This document shows, piece after piece, positions 33,940 through 44,788 of a DNA stretch of 64,000 bases (the stretch's first letter is position 1; each line of letters opens with the position of its first letter). The notes under the pieces are model-generated. The model searched no databases and was not told the DNA's origin. It saw only the letters and a program-made list of their open reading frames with translations. Origin of the DNA: an uncultured Gammaproteobacteria bacterium (GTDB lineage Bacteria; Patescibacteriota; Patescibacteriia; Patescibacteriales; GWE2-39-37); NCBI GenBank assembly GCA_964443495.1, contig CAYUCS010000001.1:680468-744467 (forward strand), in the 5' to 3' direction. Both the position numbers and the translations under genes were made by a program.

Positions 33940-35145
33940 ATGTATAATCCCGAAGAACCCTACGCCCTCAACCAAAACAGCGCCGGAGTCAATAATGCTA
34001 GCTTCAGCGACCGCGAAGAGCTGGACAAACTCGTCCGCTCAGGCGATTACCACCATATGGCCGAAGTCCTGGGCAAGGACATGCGCTTGAATGTCCTGGT
34101 ACAGCATGAGGTGGATAAAATTAAAGCGACCTATGACGCCGAGCAGCACCTAGCTGAATTCTTGGATGCTAAAGATTACGAAGCCTTGGCCCTGCTCAAG
34201 CTTCTTCACCCCGAATCATTCAATCACTCGATCCACACCCACGAAGAGCTGCGCCGCGCCATCAATGCCATCACCCTGCCTGACGGCCGAAAGCTGATTG
34301 ACCTGATCCTTGATGAGCTTCCCGGGCGAAACCTCCGTCCGCTTGATAAAGGAGCCATCATGCACGACTTGGGCAAGCTGGAAATTCCAGATTTCGTGAC
34401 TGACAACAGCCTTGATGAGCGTGGCTGGGAGACCGCCTTCAAGAACATGCCCTTCACTGAACAACAACGCATGTTGGGGCAATACGCCGACCGGCACAAT
34501 CTCGACATCCCGGCCGAAGTCTTTCTGGAACAACCCTCCCTGCTCCGCTACACTGAAGGCTTCGTAACCAAAGACGACAAACGCAAATACAACGACCTTG
34601 TCCCCGTCAGCCTGATACTGTCACCGAAACAGGCCGAGGAGATGGTCGCCAAGGGTTTTTCGCCGGACAAATCTTTCGCCGCAACGATGGCGGCGCACGA
34701 GCAGCGTACCGGCAAGATCATCCGCGACATCGGCAAGGACAACCCTGAATACGAGCTAGCCGCGCGCTTGGCCGAGAGCCACCACAGCGGCATCAGCGAA
34801 TCAACTGAGAAATACCCAGCCTCCACCACCTCGCTGGTGCTGAGCAACCGCTTCGCCGTCATGTCCCAGGTCATCAAGCTGGCTGACATCAAGCAGGCCA
34901 TGGAGAGCCATGGTCGCAGCTACCGCGGAGGCCCGAGCACGTTCGCGAAAAAATTCAATGAGATCAGGATGCAAGTCGAGTCCGGCAAGATAATCCCCCA
35001 CCTGGCCGCATTATGGCTCGAATTCGAGCTCGACGAAGCTGATCGCATCAGCGCCTCAACCGAAGCCGCTGCCACGGGCGAACTTCCGACCGCCCAAGAA
35101 AAGGAGATGATCAGGCACTGGGCCGATAGCAAAAAATTCGACTGA
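33940..35145 (+). CDS. Divergent HD-domain (HD-GYP-like) phosphohydrolase
   Basis: From the ATG at 33940 (MYNPEEP). IMHDLGKLEIP (HDxGK), AAHEQ, AESHHSG...KYP in place of HHExxDGxGYP, and LADIKQAMESHGRSYR (DxxDA...RxY-like). An extended -10 TGcTACAAT lies at 33915-33923. Confidence 0.65.
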   Translation: MYNPEEPYALNQNSAGVNNASFSDREELDKLVRSGDYHHMAEVLGKDMRLNVLVQHEVDKIKATYDAEQHLAEFLDAKDYEALALLKLLHPESFNHSIHTHEELRRAINAITLPDGRKLIDLILDELPGRNLRPLDKGAIMHDLGKLEIPDFVTDNSLDERGWETAFKNMPFTEQQRMLGQYADRHNLDIPAEVFLEQPSLLRYTEGFVTKDDKRKYNDLVPVSLILSPKQAEEMVAKGFSPDKSFAATMAAHEQRTGKIIRDIGKDNPEYELAARLAESHHSGISESTEKYPASTTSLVLSNRFAVMSQVIKLADIKQAMESHGRSYRGGPSTFAKKFNEIRMQVESGKIIPHLAALWLEFELDEADRISASTEAAATGELPTAQEKEMIRHWADSKKFD

Positions 35146-35160
35146 TAAAAAATATCATAC

Positions 35161-35189
35161 AAAAAAACCGCTCCTGGGCGGTTTTTTTT
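35161..35189. terminator. Bidirectional terminator between the HD gene and corA
   Basis: A7-ccgc-tcctgg-gcgg-T8. Confidence 0.75.
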
Positions 35190-35210
35190 ATTCTCGCGCC
35201 GGCACAAGGC

Positions 35211-36131
35211 TTATAGCCAGCGATTTTTCCTGAAGATTATCCAAAGCGCAAAGACCGCGGAAACGGTAGTGGCCACGATCCCGTAGAAGGCGTAGGGCGA
35301 CTTATCGAAAGGCAGCTGCACGTTCATGCCGTAAAAGCTGGAAATCATCGTCGGAACCGTCACGATGATGGTCAGCGAAGTCAGCACCTTGATGACCCTG
35401 TTCAGGTCCTGCCCCATGATCGTCGAATAAGCGTCGCGGATGTTGACGATGGTCTTAAGGGTCGCCTTGGTCGATTCGATGAGCTGTTCATTGGATAAGA
35501 GCAGGTCTTCGAAAATGTCATGATTGTCCTCGTTCTGCCTGATCGCATCATTGCGCAGCAATCCGCGCAGAATACCGGAAAGAGGGATTAAGGCGGAGAT
35601 GAAATCGTTCAAGACCTGTTCGTAATCGACGAACTTGATGATGTCGCGGTTCTCGATATTTTCCAAACGGACGCGGATGCCGCGCACCTGGCGGCTGATA
35701 TCCATGATGTGGCGGCTATATGAAGCGTTGATAGCGGAAATCAGCTGCGCCAAGAATTCGACCTTCTGGGTGGTATAGGTCTTGTGGCTGCCCGAAAGGA
35801 AACGATGCAGGAACTTGAGATCCTGGCGGCTGACCGTCAGGATGAACTGGCCGCCAAGCGCGACCATGAACGGCACGGTGATGATGCCGTCAGTTCCCTT
35901 TTCCGGAACCCGCATAAAGACATAGGTGGCGTTCTCTTCGATTTCCAGACGCGGGACTTCAAAAGGGTCCTGCGCGTCTTGGATGTGACCGGGCTCAAGC
36001 TCGAACTTCTCGGCCAACCGCTCGACTTCTTCATCCGACAACCCGCGTGCGTCAATCCAGGCGCCCGGCTTGTAGTCGTCGATTATTTCCAGCTCTTTGG
36101 TGAGCGATTCGCGATAGTAGTATTTGAGCAT
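35211..36131 (-). CDS. corA: Magnesium/cobalt transporter CorA
   Basis: YGMN motif (SFYGMNVQLPF) and two C-terminal TM helices; 306 aa. Confidence 0.92.
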   Translation of the reverse strand: MLKYYYRESLTKELEIIDDYKPGAWIDARGLSDEEVERLAEKFELEPGHIQDAQDPFEVPRLEIEENATYVFMRVPEKGTDGIITVPFMVALGGQFILTVSRQDLKFLHRFLSGSHKTYTTQKVEFLAQLISAINASYSRHIMDISRQVRGIRVRLENIENRDIIKFVDYEQVLNDFISALIPLSGILRGLLRNDAIRQNEDNHDIFEDLLLSNEQLIESTKATLKTIVNIRDAYSTIMGQDLNRVIKVLTSLTIIVTVPTMISSFYGMNVQLPFDKSPYAFYGIVATTVSAVFALWIIFRKNRWL

Positions 36132-36139
36132 ATTCCTTT

Positions 36140-37261
36140 TTATTTTATGATTCTAGGCAGGAGTGCGGAAACTCGCGTCGTAATCTCATAATTAATGGTG
36201 CCGATCTTGTCGGCCAACTCTTCGGCGGTGATGCGCTCTTTGCCCTGCTCGCCCAAGAGCACGACCTCGTCCTCGGCCTTGACCTTCGGCAGTTTAGTCA
36301 CATCGACAACGAACATGTTCATGGCCACGCGGCCCAAGACCCGGCAACGCTTGCCATTGATCAAAACCTCGCCCTTGTTCGAGAGTCCGCGGTCATAGCC
36401 ATCGCTATAGCCCTGCGGGATGACCGCCACTTTCATCGCCTTCGGCGTGATGAAAGTCAGGCCGTAGCCGATAGAGTGCCCCTTGGGCAGCTTCTTGACC
36501 TGCGCCACGTGGCTGACCCAGCGCATGACCGGTCGCAGTGAAATCTCGCCGTCAAAGCGCTTGCGCAGGTCTTCTGAAGGCCACATGCCGTAAACGGACA
36601 AGCCTGGACGGATCAGCTTGTTGATGCCGCTGTCCTTCTCGTAAACCATCACCCCGGAACTGGCTGACTGGTGAGTGGCGAAATCCGTGAAGCCGGCACG
36701 CTGGAACTGCTCGACCGCCTTATTGAAAGCGTCAATCTGCTTCTGGGCGTGGCTGAAATCGGCAGTATCCTCGATATTGGCGAAATGGGAATAGAGCGCA
36801 TCCAGCTTAACCCAGCGGCAGCGCTTCAAGGCAGCGATGAACTGCGGCCATTCGGATTTTATCAAACCCTGGCGGCCAAGCTCGGCATCGATCTTGACAT
36901 GGACCGGCACCTTTTTGCGGCGCCGCTTGCCGATCTTCTCGATCAAGGCCAAGCGCTCAAGGTCATAAACGGCCAAGGTGCCGTTCAGCTTGATTGCGGC
37001 TTCCAAATCACCCTTCGGCACGAAGCCCAAAACCAATATCGGCAAGTGGGTCACGCGGCGCAGCAAGCGCAGCTCCTGCAAGTCATCGACCTGGAAATAA
37101 TCGACGGCTGGCTCGAGCGCCTGGGCCACCTCGTTCTGGCCATGGCCATAAGCATTGGCCTTGATGACGCCGACGATCCTGGTATCCGGATGGACCATCT
37201 TGCGGAATTGCTTGGCATTGTGCAACAAATTTTTCTGCGAAATCTCGATGTAGGAAAGCAT
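36140..37261 (-). CDS. alr: Alanine racemase
   Basis: The PLP-lysine motif VIKANAYGHG lies near the N-terminus; 373 aa. Confidence 0.93.
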   Translation of the reverse strand: MLSYIEISQKNLLHNAKQFRKMVHPDTRIVGVIKANAYGHGQNEVAQALEPAVDYFQVDDLQELRLLRRVTHLPILVLGFVPKGDLEAAIKLNGTLAVYDLERLALIEKIGKRRRKKVPVHVKIDAELGRQGLIKSEWPQFIAALKRCRWVKLDALYSHFANIEDTADFSHAQKQIDAFNKAVEQFQRAGFTDFATHQSASSGVMVYEKDSGINKLIRPGLSVYGMWPSEDLRKRFDGEISLRPVMRWVSHVAQVKKLPKGHSIGYGLTFITPKAMKVAVIPQGYSDGYDRGLSNKGEVLINGKRCRVLGRVAMNMFVVDVTKLPKVKAEDEVVLLGEQGKERITAEELADKIGTINYEITTRVSALLPRIIK

Positions 37262-37378
37262 AATATAATTTTCAATTTCTAATTTCTAATTTCTAAACAA
37301 TTTTTCAATGATTTAATTTCATAATTAATAAATTCGATCATTGTTTGAAAATTGAAAATTGAAAATTGAAAATTTTTA
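37262..37378. repeat. AT-rich imperfect-palindrome intergenic element, copy B (inverted relative to copy A) with heptamer tandem arrays
   Basis: 37288-37311 and 37337-37360 are exact reverse complements of 11204-11227 and 11153-11176. It also contains (atttcta)x3 near 37275-37297 and (gaaaatt)x4 near 37347-37374. Confidence 0.85.
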
Positions 37379-37382
37379 CCTG

Positions 37383-37454
37383 TGCATCCATGAGGAATCG
37401 AACCTCAATTACAAGTTCCGGAAACTTGCGTCCTATCCGTTGAACGATGGATGC
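37383..37454 (-). tRNA. tRNA-Arg (anticodon CCG)
   Basis: The reverse complement folds as a cloverleaf. Acceptor GCATCCA/TGGATGC, anticodon stem CAAGT/ACTTG with loop TTCCGGA, T-arm TGAGG-TTCGATT-CCTCA. No encoded CCA. Confidence 0.9.
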
Positions 37455-37459
37455 CTATG

Positions 37460-37530
37460 TGGACCTAGGCAGAATCGAACTGCCGCCCGAGCAATGCGAA
37501 TGCTCTGTTCTACCACTATACTATAGGCCC
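37460..37530 (-). tRNA. tRNA-Ala (anticodon CGC)
   Basis: Acceptor GGGCCTA/TAGGTCC with the G3:U70 Ala identity pair, anticodon stem GAGCA/TGCTC with loop TTCGCAT, T-arm GGCAG-TTCGATT-CTGCC. No encoded CCA. The D-stem has one mismatch. Confidence 0.85.
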
Positions 37531-37533
37531 TAA

Positions 37534-38607
37534 CTATAATAACCCATGGAATGGCAGGCTCAGCCACTCCCAGAAGCGCTGATAGGCTGAGCGCTTCTGC
37601 CATGTTTCATATTCAAGCTTATCCGAACTCAAAAGGTCGTTGACGAAAAAATCCTTGAGTTCGCCGATGAACAGGCGGTTCTCCGAAACCAGGTTGGCCT
37701 CGTAATTCAAAAGCAGGCTCAAGTTGTCCAGATTGCTCGAACCGACCGCCGCCCAACGATCATCGACGATTGCCGTCTTGGCATGATTCATGCCGTTGCG
37801 GAACTGATAGATCTTGACTCCGGCACGCATCGCGCCGGCGAAATGCGCCTGAGCGGCCGTATCGACAAGGTTGTGATCGGATTTTTTCGGAACCAGCAGG
37901 CGCACATCGATTCCCCTCCGTGCCGCCCGCTTCAGTATCAGCAAAAAGTGCTGGCTAGGCACGAAATACGGGGTCGTCAGATAGATATACTCCTTGGCTG
38001 ACCTGATCGCGCTGATCAAGCGCCGATAATAGAAGCGCTGGCGGAAGTGCGGCGCGTTAGTGAAAAGATGGAAGTCGCCCGGGGCGAACTGGCCGAAACG
38101 CGATTTGATAAAGCGGCCTTCGCCGATCATCTGCCACATCTTATCAAAGGCATAACCCATCTCTTTGACGACTTGCCCCACCAGCCTGACCTGGGCATCC
38201 TTCCAGCCTGACAGCTTCTTTTCCACCCCGACGCCGCCAGTGTAGCCGACCGCGCCATCGACGACCAAAATCTTGCGATGGTCGCGAAAAAACCACGAAG
38301 AGATGTTGTGCAACCTCCAGGGCCCGATCGGGTTGAAGAACCTGACTTCGATTCCCTCCTTGCGCAGCTGCGCCGGGTAGGAGGAATTGAAAAAACCGTA
38401 ACTGCCGGCCGCGTCGCAAATCAGCCTGACTTTCACGCCTGCGCGCGCCTTTTCGATGAACACTTCGAAAAACTGCTTCCCGATCTCGTCGTTCAGCAGG
38501 ATGAACTGCTCGAAATCGATGCTGCGTTCGGCCTTCTGGCAATCTGCCAGCATCGCCTCCCAAGCGGTTTCCGAATTGAGGTACCACTGCCAGTTTTTCT
38601 CCGGCAT
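37534..38607 (-). CDS. cls: Phospholipase D-family cardiolipin synthase (ClsB-like, no N-terminal TM)
   Basis: Two HKD motifs: FRDHRKILVVDG and MNHAKTAIVDD. The start is taken at the ATG at 38607 (MPEKNWQW), which avoids overlap with the aminotransferase gene. Confidence 0.88.
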   Translation of the reverse strand: MPEKNWQWYLNSETAWEAMLADCQKAERSIDFEQFILLNDEIGKQFFEVFIEKARAGVKVRLICDAAGSYGFFNSSYPAQLRKEGIEVRFFNPIGPWRLHNISSWFFRDHRKILVVDGAVGYTGGVGVEKKLSGWKDAQVRLVGQVVKEMGYAFDKMWQMIGEGRFIKSRFGQFAPGDFHLFTNAPHFRQRFYYRRLISAIRSAKEYIYLTTPYFVPSQHFLLILKRAARRGIDVRLLVPKKSDHNLVDTAAQAHFAGAMRAGVKIYQFRNGMNHAKTAIVDDRWAAVGSSNLDNLSLLLNYEANLVSENRLFIGELKDFFVNDLLSSDKLEYETWQKRSAYQRFWEWLSLPFHGLL

Positions 38608-38617
38608 ATTTTTATGT

Positions 38618-39670
38618 TTATTTCCTAGCGATATATTCACCGAGCCGTCTCAACCCTTCATCTATTTTGGCCACATCCAAAGCGTAGCTGAATCTGACCC
38701 TGCCCGGCGCGCCGAACCAGGTCCCGTCATATGTGATTATATTGTATTCATAATAAAGCTCGTTGACAACCTTGTTCGGATTCTCGAATTTCGGAAAGAC
38801 ATAGAAAGCGCCCTCAGGCTGCCACAAGTCCAAGCCCAGATCTTTCATGCCGCCATAGATGCGGTCACGGCGCTCGCGCCATATTTCCAAGTGCTCATCG
38901 ATATAGGAGCGCGGGCTTTTCAAGGCGGCCAAAGCCATCTCTTGCGCCAGGATGTTGGTATTCATCGACGTATGTGTCTTCATCTCGACGATACGGCTGA
39001 TTACTTCCTGGTCATAGGCATGGACATAGCCGACGCGATAGCCGCACATGGAATAAGTCTTGGAAAACGAATCGACGGTGATGACTTTGGGTCCGGAAAG
39101 CTGGTAGAACTCACCGACATAGACCAGGTCGCGATAGACGTTATCGGCAATGACGTAGATGCCAAGGCGGCGAGCCATCTCCTCGATAGCTTTGAGAGTC
39201 TCCGGTGTCTGCAAAGTGCCGGTCGGATTGGACGGCGAATTGACCATGATCGCCCGCACGTCCCGCATCTTAGCCTCCAGCTCTTCAAGTACGACCTTGC
39301 CGTCAGCCAAGTCGTAATATTCCGGGGTCATCCCGGCGAAGACGACATTGTGCGGATATGAATAATAATAAGGCCGTGGCAACAGCACTTTTCCGTCAGG
39401 CACGGCGATAGCACGCAAAGCCAAGTCGATCGCCTCAGAGCCGCCATTCGTAATGACGAACTGGTCCGGATCAGAACCCGCATAGACCGGCACGAGAGCC
39501 TCGCGCAAAGCCAGCTGCCCAGGAATCGGACCGTATTTGAATTCATGATAGCCGTTCATCGCGGCGAAGGCCTCAGCTGGCGGCGGCAGATCAGGCTGGC
39601 CCGAACCAAACGAAATCAGTTCGCCGCCCCCTTTGCCAATGAAGAATGATGGACTGGTTATTCGCTGCAT
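38618..39670 (-). CDS. Class I/II pyridoxal-phosphate aminotransferase
   Basis: NSPSNPTG, DNVY and SFSKTYSMCGYRVGY (PLP lysine present). Confidence 0.9.
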   Translation of the reverse strand: MQRITSPSFFIGKGGGELISFGSGQPDLPPPAEAFAAMNGYHEFKYGPIPGQLALREALVPVYAGSDPDQFVITNGGSEAIDLALRAIAVPDGKVLLPRPYYYSYPHNVVFAGMTPEYYDLADGKVVLEELEAKMRDVRAIMVNSPSNPTGTLQTPETLKAIEEMARRLGIYVIADNVYRDLVYVGEFYQLSGPKVITVDSFSKTYSMCGYRVGYVHAYDQEVISRIVEMKTHTSMNTNILAQEMALAALKSPRSYIDEHLEIWRERRDRIYGGMKDLGLDLWQPEGAFYVFPKFENPNKVVNELYYEYNIITYDGTWFGAPGRVRFSYALDVAKIDEGLRRLGEYIARK

Positions 39671-39705
39671 ACGATATTTAAACTATAAATAATCTATTTT
39701 ACTTG

Positions 39706-40104
39706 TCAGCACCCGCCACCTTCGTCCCCTCTCCTTTCAAGGAGAGGGCCAGGGTGAGGTTTTTTTAACAAGCAATAATCATGCAAATCCTCTAATACAC
39801 CCTCGATATTTTCCTTAACATCCGTATTTGTGTACCGCTTGACCGCAAAACCCAAATTCTCGATGTATTTCTGTCTCTCATTATCACGTGCAACCTCTTG
39901 CTCGGTTTCGTGAGTGGCGCCATCGATTTCTATAACTAGCATCAACTCCGCACAATAAAAATCGACTATGAATCTATCAATGCTATGCTGGCGCCGGAAC
40001 TTCAATCCGAAAAATGATCTATTCCTCAACTTATTCCATAAAATTTTTTCGGAAACTACATTTTGCTGACGCAAATTTCTTCTGAGTTGTTTTTGATTGT
40101 CCAT
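39706..40104 (-). CDS. DUF559 endonuclease-domain protein (Vsr-like fold)
   Basis: EKILWNKLRNRSFFGLKFRRQHSIDRFIVDFYC...VIEIDGATH...DNERQKYIENLGF is the DUF559 core. The last ~18 codons (PHPGPLLERRGDEGGGC) are read from the flanking inverted repeat. Confidence 0.85.
   Translation of the reverse strand: MDNQKQLRRNLRQQNVVSEKILWNKLRNRSFFGLKFRRQHSIDRFIVDFYCAELMLVIEIDGATHETEQEVARDNERQKYIENLGFAVKRYTNTDVKENIEGVLEDLHDYCLLKKPHPGPLLERRGDEGGGC
39727..39759. repeat. Left 33-bp inverted repeat of the DUF559 cassette
   Basis: ccctctcctttcaaggagagggccagggtgagg contains an internal palindrome ccctctcc/ggagaggg. It matches the reverse complement of 40109-40141 at 31 of 33 positions. Confidence 0.9.
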
Positions 40105-40108
40105 ATAT

Positions 40109-40141
40109 CCTCACCCCGTCCCTCTCCTTGAAAGGAGAGGG
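40109..40141. repeat. Right 33-bp inverted repeat of the DUF559 cassette
   Basis: cctcaccccgtccctctccttgaaaggagaggg starts 5 nt upstream of the DUF559 start codon. Confidence 0.9.
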
Positions 40142-40226
40142 GGCGATTATTTCTGGTTTCACACAAAATGTTCAATATTGGACCCGCTCCCTATCACTTT
40201 AATGAAAAGGCTGGGGTGATGTTATT

Positions 40227-43001
<2,775 letters not shown>

Positions 43002-43213
43002 AAATATGTATTAGGTGTATTAAGCGAACCGGGCCAAATAAAAAAAGCTCAAAACCCAAAACAAATCAATGTTATAATCTTGGATTTTTAGCTAATATTA
43101 AACTAAAAAATATTAGACAGTCCCCTTGTGCCACATTCAGTGCCTTCTCTCTGATATTATAAGCCAATATTCCTATATTTGCCCTTACACTATAATAAAA
43201 ATAGGCGTAAAAA

Positions 43214-43999
43214 TCAAGCTATAACCCGGATGAAATTATGGATCTTCTCCAGCATGATCATCTTCCCCTCCTCATCCAAGAGATTCAAGTCGTGATTATC
43301 GATGGGCACGCAATGGACCGAGCGACGCTCGCCATTGATGTGGTCGCAGACATAACCGATGGTCCGTTTGTTGTCCAACAGATCGCTCTGTTCCGCCTGC
43401 AGGAGAAACAGGGGCTGCTTGATCGCAACAAGGTCGTCGAAGGTGTGCTGCTTGATGAAGCTCCTGACCTCGCCCGCTGCCCGCACCGGAATGAAGCCGA
43501 ACGAACCCTCGCGCTTGACTTTATTGTCACGGTAAAGCGGATTGCCTTTGCTGAAATAATCGATCTTGAAAAATTGCAAAATCGGCTGGACGAAATAGAG
43601 CAAGGTCCAGATTTTAAGATTGAAAAAAAGAGGCATCTCCAAAGCGATTACCGCTTTTGCCCCTTTTTCGTTATTAGCAGCCAAACGCAGCGCGAGATTG
43701 CTGCCGAATGAAGTGCCTAAAAGATAGACCGAATCATTTTCAGCCGACAGCTTGTTGAGCCACGATCTGGCCTCCTCAAGCCAATCTTTCGGACCGTAAA
43801 GCTTCAAATCCTCCATCCTGCCGGAGTGGCCCGGCAGAATCGGGCGGGAAACCGTATAGCCCTTGTGAGTAAAATAATTGAACAACGTGTCGGTCTGCTC
43901 GATATTCGCGGCGAAGCCATGAAGAATCAGGATGGCCTCGCCATTAGTCCCCTTGGAATACAATATCGGTTCGTTCGTTTGTTTTTGTTTTTCAGGCAT
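43214..43999 (-). CDS. Alpha/beta hydrolase (esterase/lipase-like)
   Basis: HG oxyanion motif (ILHGFA) and a nucleophile elbow GTSFG (GxSxG). Confidence 0.75.
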   Translation of the reverse strand: MPEKQKQTNEPILYSKGTNGEAILILHGFAANIEQTDTLFNYFTHKGYTVSRPILPGHSGRMEDLKLYGPKDWLEEARSWLNKLSAENDSVYLLGTSFGSNLALRLAANNEKGAKAVIALEMPLFFNLKIWTLLYFVQPILQFFKIDYFSKGNPLYRDNKVKREGSFGFIPVRAAGEVRSFIKQHTFDDLVAIKQPLFLLQAEQSDLLDNKRTIGYVCDHINGERRSVHCVPIDNHDLNLLDEEGKMIMLEKIHNFIRVIA

Positions 44000-44004
44000 A
44001 ATGC

Positions 44005-44331
44005 TTAGGCGGACTTGCGGCGGCGCTCGATCAGCTTCTCCTTATACTTGGTTATTGCCTGAGCCAGGTGATCCTTGGCTTTGTCGATCGACTTGGTCTG
44101 GACTTCTGCGCTCTTCTCGATGACCAGCATGGCGTTCGGCAATTCCATGACGATTTCGGTACGATAGATATCGCCTGTCTTCTGGCCGCCGACCAGCAAC
44201 CCGACCTCGACATGGCAGGAAATCGGCTGGATCTTGCCAAGGTATTTGTCGAGCATATTGATCTTCTTGTCCACGTACTCTTTGATTTCCGGCGTCAGCT
44301 TGATTTTCGATGCCTTGATTGTGTATTTCAT
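44005..44331 (-). CDS. hpf: Ribosome hibernation promoting factor (HPF/RaiA, short form)
   Basis: 108 aa. MKYTIKASKIKLTPEIKEYVDKKINMLDKYL matches the family N-terminus. Confidence 0.88.
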   Translation of the reverse strand: MKYTIKASKIKLTPEIKEYVDKKINMLDKYLGKIQPISCHVEVGLLVGGQKTGDIYRTEIVMELPNAMLVIEKSAEVQTKSIDKAKDHLAQAITKYKEKLIERRRKSA

Positions 44332-44371
44332 ATATTTTTTAGCCTCCGGCCTCCCTCTGGCCGCCGGCTGG

Positions 44372-44752
44372 TTAGTTTTTCAAATACCGCTGCGCCTTGG
44401 CCGCGACTTCTCGCGGCAGGAATTGCATCTTGATGATGAAATCGGCCGCACCGAGCTTGAGGCACTCTTCGATCACTTCCTGCTTGTTGAGATTGCTCAA
44501 TATCACGACCGTTATATCCCTGGTAGCGTGGATATTCTTAAGCTCGGCCAGAGTGGCCTGACCAGGCATGTCCGGCAAGACCAGGTCCAGGAGTATCAGA
44601 TCGGGCTTCTCTTTCAAGGCCATGATCATACCCTGCTTGCCATTCACGGCCTTTACGACTCGAAAACCGCAATTTTTCAAGGCGATTTCGTACATCATTG
44701 ACTGGTCGTCGTCATCTTCGATTAGCAAAATTTTCGGTTTGGCGCTAGCCAT
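44372..44752 (-). CDS. Stand-alone response-regulator receiver domain (CheY-like, no output domain)
   Basis: KILLIEDDDD, phospho-acceptor context LILLDLVLPDM, and a conserved Lys in DFIIK. Confidence 0.9.
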   Translation of the reverse strand: MASAKPKILLIEDDDDQSMMYEIALKNCGFRVVKAVNGKQGMIMALKEKPDLILLDLVLPDMPGQATLAELKNIHATRDITVVILSNLNKQEVIEECLKLGAADFIIKMQFLPREVAAKAQRYLKN

Positions 44753-44788
44753 ATATTAGCTTTATTTTACTACTAGGAAATGAAAGAA

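Larger units (their letters stand above)
39727..40141 (-). mobile_element. Candidate 415-bp inverted-repeat-bounded DUF559 cassette
   Basis: A single small endonuclease-fold gene is bracketed by 33-bp inverted repeats and lies between the aminotransferase operon and secA. No target-site duplication was seen. Confidence 0.4.

Noticed and set aside
37275-37374. Possible CRISPR or other spaced-repeat array, suggested by repeated gaaaatt / atttcta units
   Set aside because: The units are contiguous 7-mers without spacers, lie within a 117-bp palindromic element, and no cas genes are nearby. This is a microsatellite-like expansion, not a CRISPR array.
38456-39361. 301-aa plus-strand ORF, and 38144-38587 (minus strand, alternative frame)
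   Set aside because: They overlap cls and the aminotransferase, both of which have diagnostic motifs (HKD x2, SFSK).
43002-43213. 212-nt secA upstream spacer, and other >200-nt spacers, examined for ncRNA genes (SRP RNA, tmRNA, RNase P, riboswitches)
   Set aside because: No conserved ncRNA motifs were recognised by eye, only AT-rich promoter-like sequence and short palindromes. This cannot be excluded without an Infernal/Rfam scan.
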